The notes beneath the pieces are model-generated. The model did not search any database, was not told the DNA's origin, and worked only from the letters and a program-made list of their open reading frames with translations. The position numbers and the translations under genes are program-made. A stretch of 64,000 bases of DNA. Origin: Candidatus Moranbacteria bacterium GW2011_GWC2_40_12. GTDB lineage: Bacteria > Patescibacteriota > Minisyncoccia > Moranbacterales > UBA11712. Below are positions 18,882 to 27,853 of the stretch, piece by piece. Position 1 is the stretch's first letter, and every line of letters begins with the position of its first letter. Where the stretch lies: contig LBYD01000001.1 in the NCBI GenBank assembly GCA_000995965.1, forward strand, positions 76,923 to 140,922, written 5' to 3'.

Positions 18882-19619
18882 ATGCAAAAAAGAATGAGCG
18901 CGACAGCAAAATTATTAGGCATGAAGATTAGCAATCTTTCAGCGGCTGAAATAAACGATTGGATAAAAATTATCCTGAGTAATCCGCCTGAACAGCGATT
19001 CGTGGTTTCGCTCAATCCGGAAATCATTCTGAAGGGGCATTGCGACGAAGGTTATAAAAAAATACTAAGCAGCGCCGATTTGGCGCTTTGCGACGGATTC
19101 GGAGTGAAGTGCGCGGCTTGGCTCAAGGGCGAAAAAATTAAAACAAGGTACACCGGAGTTGATCTGGTCGAACGCTCTCTGAAATTGGCAAAAGAAAACA
19201 ATATCAGCGCGCTGGTTGTTGTTTCGAAAAACAGTCTGAGCAGTCCCGAAGAGATAGAGAAGGGGATAAGAGACAAATATGATTTCGGGGCGCGGGCAAA
19301 ATATTGGGATGACGAAAGGTTTTTTGAATGCGAAGACGCGAAGAAAGCAGAAATAGTTTTTGTGAATTTTGGCGCTCCCCATCAGGAAAAATTCATTTTT
19401 GAAAATAAAAGGAATTTTCCGAAAGCAAAATTTTTGGCGGGAGTGGGAGGGACGTTTGATTTTCTCACAGGAAAAATCAGGCGGGCTCCACAGTGGATGA
19501 GAAAGGCGGGTCTGGAATGGTTTTGGCGAATGCTCCAGGAGCCCAAGAGACTAAAGCGCATTATAAATGCAGTCGTTGTGTTTCCTTGGGTTGTTCTAAT
19601 AAATAAAAAAAATAAATGA
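18882..19619 (+). CDS. WecB/TagA/CpsF family glycosyltransferase (GT26)
   Basis: VSLNPEIIL, FVNFGAPHQEKF and GLEWFWRMLQEPKRLKR are signature motifs of the TagA/WecG family. Confidence 0.7.
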   Translation: MQKRMSATAKLLGMKISNLSAAEINDWIKIILSNPPEQRFVVSLNPEIILKGHCDEGYKKILSSADLALCDGFGVKCAAWLKGEKIKTRYTGVDLVERSLKLAKENNISALVVVSKNSLSSPEEIEKGIRDKYDFGARAKYWDDERFFECEDAKKAEIVFVNFGAPHQEKFIFENKRNFPKAKFLAGVGGTFDFLTGKIRRAPQWMRKAGLEWFWRMLQEPKRLKRIINAVVVFPWVVLINKKNK

Positions 19620-20137
19620 CGAGACAGAGAATATTTTCATTATCCATTTCCACGTTCCTTTGCATAATTTTGGGTTTTTTTGTGATGAGAGGAGGCGTCG
19701 ATTGGGATGAAAAACTGGCTTATTTTTTGCATACCGCCTTATTTGTATATTTTTTGGCGGTTCTCATCTCTAATCAGCAGTATGAGGAAGATACAATGGC
19801 CAAAATCGAAAGGATTTTCAGCTCGGCGCTCGTTTCTTTCACTTTTTTTTTCCAGATGATATATGCTCCGATGGCCCGATATTTTTTTGGAAATATGATC
19901 CATAAGGCGGCTTTTTTTTCCGACACCCTGGCGCTTTTCCTGTTTCTTTTTTTCGCTTTCATATTTGTTATAGCGGCGGCGGCGGCGAGCAGTTTTTCGA
20001 GCACCGGATTCCTCTCCGGCTGGAAATTTTTCAACAATCCAACAGCCTATTTCGTCCTTCGCAATCTCTGGCTGGCAGCTGTTTTGATGGCGGTTTTCCT
20101 GTATTGGAAAAATCCTTTCCTAATTATAACAGTCTGA
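19616..20137 (+). CDS. Hypothetical integral membrane protein (4-5 TM)
   Basis: Hydrophobic segments throughout. ATGA overlap with the upstream gene. Confidence 0.45.
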   Translation: MTRQRIFSLSISTFLCIILGFFVMRGGVDWDEKLAYFLHTALFVYFLAVLISNQQYEEDTMAKIERIFSSALVSFTFFFQMIYAPMARYFFGNMIHKAAFFSDTLALFLFLFFAFIFVIAAAAASSFSSTGFLSGWKFFNNPTAYFVLRNLWLAAVLMAVFLYWKNPFLIITV

Positions 20138-20144
20138 ATTATAT

Positions 20145-21650
20145 ATGAGTAAAAAACCCCGGGTGCGGTTTGCGCCCAGTCCAACCGGATATTTGCATAT
20201 CGGAGGCCTGCGGACGGCTCTCTATAATTTTCTTTATGCCAAAAAATACAAGGGTGATTATTTTTTGCGGATTGAGGATACGGACCAAAAAAGAATTGTA
20301 TCAGACGCTATCGGAAAATTAATAGAATCGCTTGAATGGGCAAATATAATGCACAGCGAAGGTGTATATTTGGGCGAAGAGGGCGAAATCATCGAGAGAG
20401 GGAAATACGGGCCGTATGTCCAGTCAAGGAGACTCGATATATACCAAAAATACGCCCACGAACTTGTCGAGAAGGGGAAAGCCTATTATTGCTTCTGCAC
20501 TCCCGAGCGGCTTGACACATTGCGGGCCGTCCAAGAAAAAGCGAAACTGGCTCCCGCGTATGATAAATTGTGTCTCAAGGAGCTTTCGATGGAAGACGCA
20601 AAAAAAAGAATCGCGTCCGGGGAGAAATATGTCATCCGCTTCGATGTTCCCGAAACAGGGGAGACCGAATTTCACGACGCGGTGCGCGGGAAAATAAAAT
20701 TCGTGAACAAAAATCTTGACGACTTTGTTATTTTGAAATCGGACGGATATCCGACATACCATCTGGCACACGTCGTGGACGACCATCTTATGAAAACAAC
20801 ACTTGTTTTCAGGGGAGAGGAGTGGCTGCCGAGCACCCCAAAACATATTTTGATGTTCCGGGCTTTTGGATGGGAGGCGCCGGAATACGCACATCTGTGC
20901 GTCATTCTCAACAAAAATACGAAAAAGAAACTGTCAAAGAGGGACGGAGACGCAAGTGTCGAAGACTTTATGAAAAAAGGGTATCTTCCCGAAGCAGTCG
21001 TGAATTTCATCGCGCTTTTGGGATGGAATCCGAAAACGGAGCAGGAAATATTTTCGCTTTCCGATCTCGCAAAAGAATTTGATGTGGCAAAACTGAACCG
21101 GGCTGGAGCGATTTTAGACACGGAAAAACTCGACTGGATGAACGGGATGTATATTCGCCAGAAAAATATCAAGGACTTGGCCCAACTGTGCCGGCCTTAT
21201 CTCGAAATCGTCTCATCGGCGATCCGCCGAAAAGGCGGAAACCAAATATTATCAGATGAATATCTTGAAAAAATCGTTACAGTTGAGAGGGAGAGAATGT
21301 GTAAACTCTCGGACATCGCGGACGGGTCGGAAATATATTTTGAGAGGCCCGAATACAAAAAACAACTGCTGGCCTGGAAAAAAATGCTCGAAAAAGAAAT
21401 TCTGGATTCGCTTCAAAAATCTCTTGAGATAGTGGGGGAGATAGAAGAAAAAAAATGGGAACTGGGGAATTTGAAAAATAAATTGCTGGGAGAAGCGGAT
21501 CCGAAGAACAGGGGAATACTTTTCTGGCCGCTCCGGGTGGCGCTGACCGGAAAAGAAAAAAGCCCGTCACCTTGGGAAGTGGCGTGGGTGATAGGACGCG
21601 GTGAGAGCATGGAGAGGATTCACGCAGCCATAAAGCTGATAAAAAATTAG
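20145..21650 (+). CDS. gltX: Glutamyl-tRNA synthetase
   Basis: The HIGH motif appears as PTGYLHIGG. The KMSKS motif appears as KLSKR. Length is 501 aa. Confidence 0.9.
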   Translation: MSKKPRVRFAPSPTGYLHIGGLRTALYNFLYAKKYKGDYFLRIEDTDQKRIVSDAIGKLIESLEWANIMHSEGVYLGEEGEIIERGKYGPYVQSRRLDIYQKYAHELVEKGKAYYCFCTPERLDTLRAVQEKAKLAPAYDKLCLKELSMEDAKKRIASGEKYVIRFDVPETGETEFHDAVRGKIKFVNKNLDDFVILKSDGYPTYHLAHVVDDHLMKTTLVFRGEEWLPSTPKHILMFRAFGWEAPEYAHLCVILNKNTKKKLSKRDGDASVEDFMKKGYLPEAVVNFIALLGWNPKTEQEIFSLSDLAKEFDVAKLNRAGAILDTEKLDWMNGMYIRQKNIKDLAQLCRPYLEIVSSAIRRKGGNQILSDEYLEKIVTVERERMCKLSDIADGSEIYFERPEYKKQLLAWKKMLEKEILDSLQKSLEIVGEIEEKKWELGNLKNKLLGEADPKNRGILFWPLRVALTGKEKSPSPWEVAWVIGRGESMERIHAAIKLIKN

Positions 21651-21674
21651 ATCCTTACGTTCATATAATTCAAA

Positions 21675-23003
21675 ATGCAAAAATCAAAATTAAAAATAAC
21701 AATTCAAAATGCAAAAATATTTCTTTTTTCTCTGGGATTATTTTTTGCTGTTGGAATGGCCAATAAGATAATTGCCCAAAACACGATAAACAGCACGAAC
21801 AGCGAAAACCAGGAACTTATTGAGGATAAACAGCAACAAATCGAGGATCTCCAAAAAAAGGCTGAGAGCTACCGCCAGATGATTGAAATGAAGCAGAGCA
21901 AGGCTCAGACACTCCAAAATCAGATTACCCTTATGGAGAGCCAAATCGCTAGCCTTTCGGGTGATATAGCTCTGCTTCAGCGGGATATTGACAAAACAGG
22001 CGGTGAAATTGGCAGCCTTTCGCTTCAAATCGAAGGAAAAGAAAAAGATATTGAAAACAAAAAGAAAATACTGGCTGGCGTTATCCAGTCTTATTATGAA
22101 ACAAACCATGATTCCTTGGTGGAATTTTTCCTTCGAAACACCAACCTTTCCGATTTCCTAAGCCAGTCGGACTACGCGGCACAAACAAGCGCGAAAGTTG
22201 ATGAAGTTCTCACCACAGTGATCATAGCGAGGGATGAACTCAGCAGTGACAGGAAGGATCTTCAAAAAAAGAATGACGAGCAAAGGGAAAGGCAAGGCAA
22301 GATAATGGAAAAGAAGCGCAGCCTTGACAATGAGCAAGTTTCAAAGGAAGATCTCTTGAGCCAAACGCAGGGAGAGGAACAGAAATACCAGGATCTTCTG
22401 GTGAGGGTAGAGGAGCAAAAGCAGGAACTTTTGGGAGACATTTCGGAGCTGTCGCAGGAGAGAAGCTCGGAGCTGGCTGCTGTTGAAGCGACTCTTGAAA
22501 AACCGAAATCGGGGCTCGCCTCGACAAGCTGGTATTTTTCGCAGAGAGACTCGCGCTGGGGTGACCAGCACATTGGTTTTTCAAATACGCTTATGAAGAG
22601 CTACGGATGCGCGGTTACGGCAGTGTCGATGGTTTTCCGTTTTCATGGAATAGACATCAATCCAGGCTCTCTTGCCCAGCAGCCAATTTTTTATCATGAC
22701 CTAATTGTTTGGCCGCAATCTTGGAAAGGCGTGAATCTGGTTTCTTCGACCGGGCACGGCAACATAGATTGGGATGTTATCGATAAAGAATTGAAAGATG
22801 AAAACCCGGTCATCGTTTTCGTGAAATCAGCCAAGAGGGGAGCGGGGCATTATGTGGTTATACATGGAAAGGATAAAAAGGGAGAGTACGTTGTGCATGA
22901 TCCTTATTGGGGAAGCAATATTTTCTTGAGTTCGACGAAAGCCTATGTAGGCGCGCTGTACGGAAGCGGGACGGTTGTCGACCAGATGATAATTTATCAT
23001 TAA
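21675..23003 (+). CDS. Secreted coiled-coil protein with C-terminal C39-like cysteine peptidase domain (putative cell-wall hydrolase)
   Basis: N-terminal signal/TM followed by about 250 aa of heptad-rich Q/E/K coiled coil. C-terminal YGCAVTAVSMV (Cys) and GHYVVIHG (His) resemble a C39-like papain-fold peptidase. The layout is like CwlO/EnvC. Confidence 0.5.
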   Translation: MQKSKLKITIQNAKIFLFSLGLFFAVGMANKIIAQNTINSTNSENQELIEDKQQQIEDLQKKAESYRQMIEMKQSKAQTLQNQITLMESQIASLSGDIALLQRDIDKTGGEIGSLSLQIEGKEKDIENKKKILAGVIQSYYETNHDSLVEFFLRNTNLSDFLSQSDYAAQTSAKVDEVLTTVIIARDELSSDRKDLQKKNDEQRERQGKIMEKKRSLDNEQVSKEDLLSQTQGEEQKYQDLLVRVEEQKQELLGDISELSQERSSELAAVEATLEKPKSGLASTSWYFSQRDSRWGDQHIGFSNTLMKSYGCAVTAVSMVFRFHGIDINPGSLAQQPIFYHDLIVWPQSWKGVNLVSSTGHGNIDWDVIDKELKDENPVIVFVKSAKRGAGHYVVIHGKDKKGEYVVHDPYWGSNIFLSSTKAYVGALYGSGTVVDQMIIYH

Positions 23004-23036
23004 TTTTATTTATATTAAACATTAACCCCAAATATT

Positions 23037-23312
23037 ATGGCGAATTTTATAGAAAAAATTTTCGGAGGAAAAATGATAGCTGAAGAAGCATCGACAATAA
23101 AGGATTCAACCTTTGATGAATTGTGCAATTCTTTGCCGGAAGATCTAAGAAAGGAGCTGTGCGAGCTGGCAAAGGAAGTAAGCGGAGAAGCAGGACCGCC
23201 GACAAAGTATTTTGAGGGTAACAATGACGATCTATCACCGAAGCAGCGGAGGTTTAATGAGTTACTGTCACAAGCAAAACACGCGCACTCAGAATCAGGC
23301 GAAAGAATGTAA
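23037..23312 (+). CDS. Hypothetical small acidic protein (91 aa)
   Basis: ORF only. It is followed by a strong terminator. Confidence 0.35.
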   Translation: MANFIEKIFGGKMIAEEASTIKDSTFDELCNSLPEDLRKELCELAKEVSGEAGPPTKYFEGNNDDLSPKQRRFNELLSQAKHAHSESGERM

Positions 23313-23421
23313 GATGTCGCATAAGCTACATTGTGCGACATAGTATACCAATCCCGGCTGCCACTTCCCCGCTGTTTTATTGAAAAAAATACATTTAAGA
23401 ATATAACATTTTTTCTTATAG

Positions 23422-23461
23422 CAAAGCCCCCGATCTTCAAATGCGGGGGCTTATCTTTTTT
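23422..23461. terminator. Rho-independent terminator (GCCCCCG stem), likely bidirectional
   Basis: aaaGCCCCCGatcttcaaatGCGGGGGCttatcttttttaag. It lies between the + gene ending at 23312 and the - gene ending at 23484. Confidence 0.65.
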
Positions 23462-23483
23462 AAGTCACTATATAAGGAAAAAA

Positions 23484-23927
23484 TCATTTCTTTCTTCTGG
23501 TCCGCCGAAGCTTTCGCGGCGGCAGATTCTTCTTTTCTGTCTGCTTCCCTGATTTGGATATATAATCTTCAATAGCCCGCCTCAAGGCGTCGGCGGCCAG
23601 ATTAGAGCAATGCATTTTTGCCGGCGGCAGGCCAGAAAGGTTGTCGGCGATATCGCCGCGCGTGATTTTGAACGCGTCATTCAAAATCTTTCCCTTGGCT
23701 AATTGTGTCACCATGGACGATGTCGCGATCGCGGCGGCGCATCCCAAGGTCTCGAATTTGATGTCGGAAATGACATCTTTATTTCTTGAACGCTTCACTT
23801 TTATATAAACCGTCATAATATCACCGCAAGCCGGATTTCCGACCATGCCGACACCGTCCGGATTTTTGAGCCGTCCTTGGTTTTTCGGGTTCGTGAAATG
23901 TTTCAAAACCAGTTTTGAATATTGCAT
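23484..23927 (-). CDS. iscU: Fe-S cluster assembly scaffold, IscU/NifU-like with basic C-terminal tail
   Basis: GNPACGD, GCAAAIATS and MHCSNLA provide the three conserved Cys. Confidence 0.85.
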   Translation of the reverse strand: MQYSKLVLKHFTNPKNQGRLKNPDGVGMVGNPACGDIMTVYIKVKRSRNKDVISDIKFETLGCAAAIATSSMVTQLAKGKILNDAFKITRGDIADNLSGLPPAKMHCSNLAADALRRAIEDYISKSGKQTEKKNLPPRKLRRTRRKK

Positions 23928-23992
23928 ATGAAAAAAATTTAATTATTAATAGATTTTCCTGGTGCAATTGAAAAGATTCCGACAAGAAAGAA

Positions 23993-25192
23993 TTATTTCC
24001 CCGCTATTTTTCGAAGCCTGGCTATCGCTTCTTTGAAAGAGTTGAAAAAATAATCAATTTCCTGTTTCGTAGTAAATTTGCCGAGTGTAACTCGAAGGCT
24101 GCCGTGGCTTTCTTCCTCGCTGATGCCAATCGCCGTGAGGACATGCGACGGGCGAAGATCACCGGCGGAACATGCGCTTCCAGTGGAAACAGCTATCCCT
24201 TTCATGTCAAGCTCCAGAAGCATTCCCTCTCCCTCAACGTCCTTGACAGTGAGATTTGTGTTGTTTGGAACTCTTTTAATTTTCGATCCGTTGAGTTTCA
24301 CTCCTTGAATCTCTTTTAGTATCCTTGCGATCAGATAATCACGCATCTTTTCGACTATTTTATAATTTCTCTTCCTCTCTTTTTCGGCGATCTCGAGGGC
24401 GGTTCCGAATCCCACAATGCCAGGAACGTTCAATGTTCCCGCCCGAAAGCCAAATTCATGGCTGCCCCCGTCCTGAATGCTAAGAATAGGCGTATTTTTG
24501 CGAATGTAGAGGCATCCAATGCCCTTGGGGCCGTATATCTTGTGGCCCGAGGCCGTGAGGAGGTCAATTCCGAGATTTTGCACATTGCAGTCAAGATAAT
24601 TCACAGCCTGCACGGCGTCAGTATGGAATAAAATTTTTGGAAGATTTTTCCTTTCCCTGGCAGCATTGACTGTCCCAACAAGCTTCCCGATTTCTTTTAT
24701 GGGCTGGATTGTTCCGATTTCATTATTCACATACATCACCGAAACAAGAATTGTGTTGTTCCTTATTTCTTTCAAAACATCCGCTGCCGAAACAATCCCT
24801 TCTTTGGAAACAGGGACATAGGAAACATCGGCCATCCCCCGCTCTTCCAATTTTTTTGAAGCCTCAAGAACGCAGGAATGCTCAAATTGCGTAGTAATGA
24901 TGTGGGGCTTGGTTTTTCTTCCCGAACGCGAGGCGAGGGCAACTCCTTTGATGGCGAAATTATTGCTTTCTGTTGCTCCGGACGTAAAAATTATTTCGCC
25001 GGAATCACACCCAAAAAAATCACCCGCGATTTTCCGCGACTTTTCAACCGCCTCTTTGGCTTCTTTTCCAAAAGAGTGAAGAGACATCGGATTTCCAAAT
25101 TTTTGCGAAAAATACGGTTTCATCGCAGAAAAAACCCGCGGATCAAGCGGAGTGGTCGAAGCGTAGTCAAGATAAACTTTTTTCTTTGTCAT
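23993..25192 (-). CDS. iscS: Cysteine desulfurase (class V aminotransferase, NifS/IscS)
   Basis: YLDYASTTP is near the N-terminus. SGHKIYGPKGIGCLYIRK is the PLP-lysine region. A catalytic Cys loop is present. Confidence 0.85.
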   Translation of the reverse strand: MTKKKVYLDYASTTPLDPRVFSAMKPYFSQKFGNPMSLHSFGKEAKEAVEKSRKIAGDFFGCDSGEIIFTSGATESNNFAIKGVALASRSGRKTKPHIITTQFEHSCVLEASKKLEERGMADVSYVPVSKEGIVSAADVLKEIRNNTILVSVMYVNNEIGTIQPIKEIGKLVGTVNAARERKNLPKILFHTDAVQAVNYLDCNVQNLGIDLLTASGHKIYGPKGIGCLYIRKNTPILSIQDGGSHEFGFRAGTLNVPGIVGFGTALEIAEKERKRNYKIVEKMRDYLIARILKEIQGVKLNGSKIKRVPNNTNLTVKDVEGEGMLLELDMKGIAVSTGSACSAGDLRPSHVLTAIGISEEESHGSLRVTLGKFTTKQEIDYFFNSFKEAIARLRKIAGK

Positions 25193-25295
25193 GCAATATT
25201 ATACTATATCTTGTGGCATTTTCTTGCAAGAAAGGCAGCTTTGTTTACGATTTGCGAATTTTGAACTATGATTCAATTGTTCAAACCCGTGAATC

Positions 25296-25311
25296 ATGAA
25301 TAATTATTCAT
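25296..25311. promoter_or_regulatory. Perfect 16-bp palindrome ATGAATAATTATTCAT in divergent promoter region (candidate operator)
   Basis: It is read directly from the sequence. It lies 11 nt upstream of the nuclease ATG and about 100 nt upstream of iscS. Confidence 0.4.
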
Positions 25312-25322
25312 AATCATTTCTG

Positions 25323-26444
25323 ATGAACACATCTTATTCCGCTCTCGATACGTTTCTTACGTGTCCGCGGAAATACAAATATTCCCAGATTGATCGAATC
25401 AAAACTCCCAAATCAAAAGAGCAGTTTTTCGGAACTTTGCTTCACAGCACTTTGAAGATTGTTCATACCCCGGGAATACTTTCCCCTACTCTTGAGCAGG
25501 CGCTGGATTTTTATTCAAAAAACTGGAACGCGGAAGTTTTTGCGGACGAAACGGAGGAGCGGGCGGCTTTTGCCCAGGGAGTGGCAATGCTTCAAGACTA
25601 TTACAAAAAAAACGACCCGGCGAAAACAAACATCATTGATCTCGAATCCCGCTTTCAGGTTGAAATTGGGGAAAATGCGGAGAAACATATAGTAAGCGGA
25701 ATTATCGATCGAATTGACAAAACCGAAGACGGATATGAAATTATTGACTACAAAACCACCCGAAAGCTTCCGAGCCAGGAAAAAGTGGACAATGACCTTC
25801 AGCTTTCGATATACCTCGCCGGATTCTTGAAGCGTTATCCCAAGGAAAAGGAAAATCTAGACAAGATAAAAGTGAGTCTTTATTACCTCAAGCACGGAGT
25901 GAAACTTTCTTCTCGCAGGACGCTTGATCAAGTGAAACAAAGCGAAGAATTGATGCTCGACCTCATCGATCAGATAAGTCGGTCAAAATTCGAGCCGACA
26001 ATCTCTGGGCTGTGCGACTGGTGCGGATACCAGAACATCTGTCCGATGTGGAAGCATAAGTTCAAAGAAAAAGGACAAAAGGATATTGATACGGCAAAGA
26101 TTATTGAAGAATATATCTCTCTCAAAGACGAAGTGAAATCAAAAACGGACCGAATCGGCGAGCTGCAGGAAATATTATCCGGTTATATGGACCAGGAAAA
26201 CATCGACCAAGTTTTTTCGGACGCCGGGCGAATTTTGCGGACGCTTCGGAAGACGTATAAATACGACAAAGAGAAATTGCGCGCGATATTGGAACCGCTT
26301 GATAAATGGGAAGAAGTTCTCAAAGTTGACGGTGTCTCACTGAGAAATATTCTCGGCGTCCTGCCCTTCGAGACAAAAAATGAAGTTGAAAAAGCCAAAG
26401 TTTTGGATAAAGAATCAAAAAGCTATATTGTCAAAAAAGGGTAG
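25323..26444 (+). CDS. PD-(D/E)XK nuclease, Cas4/RecB-like with 4-Cys Fe-S cluster
   Basis: N-terminal LTCPRKYKY plus C-terminal CDWCGYQNIC form an AddB/Cas4-type 4Cys arrangement. IIDRID...YEIIDYKTT matches the D/E-x-K core. No CRISPR or cas genes are nearby. Confidence 0.6.
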   Translation: MNTSYSALDTFLTCPRKYKYSQIDRIKTPKSKEQFFGTLLHSTLKIVHTPGILSPTLEQALDFYSKNWNAEVFADETEERAAFAQGVAMLQDYYKKNDPAKTNIIDLESRFQVEIGENAEKHIVSGIIDRIDKTEDGYEIIDYKTTRKLPSQEKVDNDLQLSIYLAGFLKRYPKEKENLDKIKVSLYYLKHGVKLSSRRTLDQVKQSEELMLDLIDQISRSKFEPTISGLCDWCGYQNICPMWKHKFKEKGQKDIDTAKIIEEYISLKDEVKSKTDRIGELQEILSGYMDQENIDQVFSDAGRILRTLRKTYKYDKEKLRAILEPLDKWEEVLKVDGVSLRNILGVLPFETKNEVEKAKVLDKESKSYIVKKG

Positions 26445-26466
26445 CCTATGCGGATTGCGAATCTCA

Positions 26467-26985
26467 ATGAATACAGGAATTGATTCCATCTATTTTTTTA
26501 TGAGACGTAAAATAAAAAACTATATAAAACGATTCTTTTTGATTGACGATACGCCGCACAAAGTCGCGGCAGGGGCGGCGATGGGAATTTTTCTTGGAAT
26601 TGTTCCGGGAGAAGGAGTTCTCGCGACGCTTTTTCTTTCTTCTCTTTTTCGCTTCAATCGCTTGGCGGCATTGGCGGGTGTTCTGGCCGTCAATATGTGG
26701 ACTACTTTTTTGGTTTTGCCGCTCGCGGCTGCCGCCGGCGCTCTTATTTTCGAAAAGAATTATGCCGATTTGGTCACTCAATTTCATGGAGCTGGCGCTG
26801 GCTATTCAAAAATGTTTTTCAGCAAAATATTTTTCTTCGATGTTACGCTGCCTATTTTTGCTGGTTTTTTTATTACAGCCGGAATAATCTCATCCGCCAT
26901 TTATTTCATTTTGCTGTTGCTCCTCAATTTCAAAAAGGGAAAAAAGAAGATTCATTTGCTGCACAAGGAAGATTTGGGTGATTGA
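26467..26985 (+). CDS. DUF2062-like small membrane protein
   Basis: Motif DDTPHKVAAGAAMGIFLGIVPG is characteristic of this family. 4 TM helices. Start could be the ATG at 26467 or 26500. Confidence 0.45.
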   Translation: MNTGIDSIYFFMRRKIKNYIKRFFLIDDTPHKVAAGAAMGIFLGIVPGEGVLATLFLSSLFRFNRLAALAGVLAVNMWTTFLVLPLAAAAGALIFEKNYADLVTQFHGAGAGYSKMFFSKIFFFDVTLPIFAGFFITAGIISSAIYFILLLLLNFKKGKKKIHLLHKEDLGD

Positions 26986-27005
26986 TGTTTCAATTTGTCA
27001 GAGAA

Positions 27006-27410
27006 CTACTTTACACAGCATTTGGCGGCTTGGTATCCCCTGCCAAGCGCCTCTTCGGCGGAAGAAAAGCAAATTTTGTTTTCCGGTTTTATTTTCGCTG
27101 CCAACTGGCAAGTTGAGAGGTGGTATTTGTTTGAGTTTTTGCTCGCGACGAACGCGCATTTTTGATTTTCCAAATTTGGCTGGTCGGTAGCGGTTTTATA
27201 CTGATTATTTTGCTCGAGATTCTGATTTGCGCCGGTAGTGCTGCTTTCGCCTCTTGGGCATGGCGCGCAGGCAAGCTGGTTCACCTCAACCGGTGTTTTT
27301 TGATTTTTCTGCCCTTTCAGGAATCCTGCTTCGAAAGAAAACAGCGCGATCAAGACAATGGCGACGGCAAGAATGACTTTTTCCCCATACTTTAGCCAAA
27401 AATGCCTCAT
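27006..27410 (-). CDS. Membrane-anchored protein with C-terminal Ada-type zinc-binding-like domain
   Basis: Start is at MRHFWLKYGEK; the longer ORF would run through the rpmA promoter. One TM. The C-terminus KYHLSTCQLAAKIKPENKICFSSAEEALGRGYQAAKCC fits the Ada Zn-binding pattern (YH..sC...F.s.eeA...GyrpC). Confidence 0.45.
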   Translation of the reverse strand: MRHFWLKYGEKVILAVAIVLIALFSFEAGFLKGQKNQKTPVEVNQLACAPCPRGESSTTGANQNLEQNNQYKTATDQPNLENQKCAFVASKNSNKYHLSTCQLAAKIKPENKICFSSAEEALGRGYQAAKCCVK

Positions 27411-27466
27411 TTTCTGGAGAAAAGACGGTTTCCCCGGGTTTTGGCTTTGGCTTAGGTGTTCAAATG

Positions 27467-27495
27467 TTGACATTTGCCATATTATAATATAAAAT
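27467..27495 (+). promoter_or_regulatory. Sigma-70-like promoter TTGACA-N17-TAAAAT upstream of rpmA
   Basis: gTTGACAtttgccatattataataTAAAATcc lies about 54 nt upstream of the rpmA ATG. Confidence 0.45.
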
Positions 27496-27548
27496 CCAAT
27501 AGTCTTCAAAATATCTCGTATCTTATATTTTATTCGTTATCTAACTTT

Positions 27549-27821
27549 ATGGCACATCGTAAAGCCGGAGGAAGCACTCAATTGGGCCGAGACTCAATTT
27601 CAAAGCGCCTGGGCGTCAAAAAATTCGGCGGAGAAAAAGTCCGGACCGGAAATATCATCATCCGCCAGCGCGGAACAAAATTCCGGGCCGGAAAAAACGT
27701 GAAGCGCGGCTCGGACGATACTCTTTTCGCAATGGCTGACGGCGCCGTCAAATTCACCGCCAAAAAAATCCGAAAATTCACAGGAAAGCTTGAAAGAGTT
27801 CAGTTTGTGAACGTGGAATAA
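27549..27821 (+). CDS. rpmA: 50S ribosomal protein L27
   Basis: [16 protein letters not shown]...[12 protein letters not shown] is a canonical L27 sequence. Confidence 0.9.
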   Translation: MAHRKAGGSTQLGRDSISKRLGVKKFGGEKVRTGNIIIRQRGTKFRAGKNVKRGSDDTLFAMADGAVKFTAKKIRKFTGKLERVQFVNVE

Positions 27822-27853
27822 TATATTTTCAGAAATATAAAAAAATGGAGGCG

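Noticed and set aside
20362-21610. Multiple small ORFs on both strands within gltX (for example 20362..20697 +, 20424..20894 -, 20672..21172 -)
   Set aside because: They are entirely contained in the GluRS frame, which carries the HIGH and KMSKS motifs.
23307-23341. Hairpin ATGTCGCA-N11-TGCGACAT immediately after the small ORF stop
   Set aside because: It has no downstream T-run. The real terminator, a GCCCCCG hairpin plus T-run, lies about 90 nt further on. It may still be a minor RNA structure.
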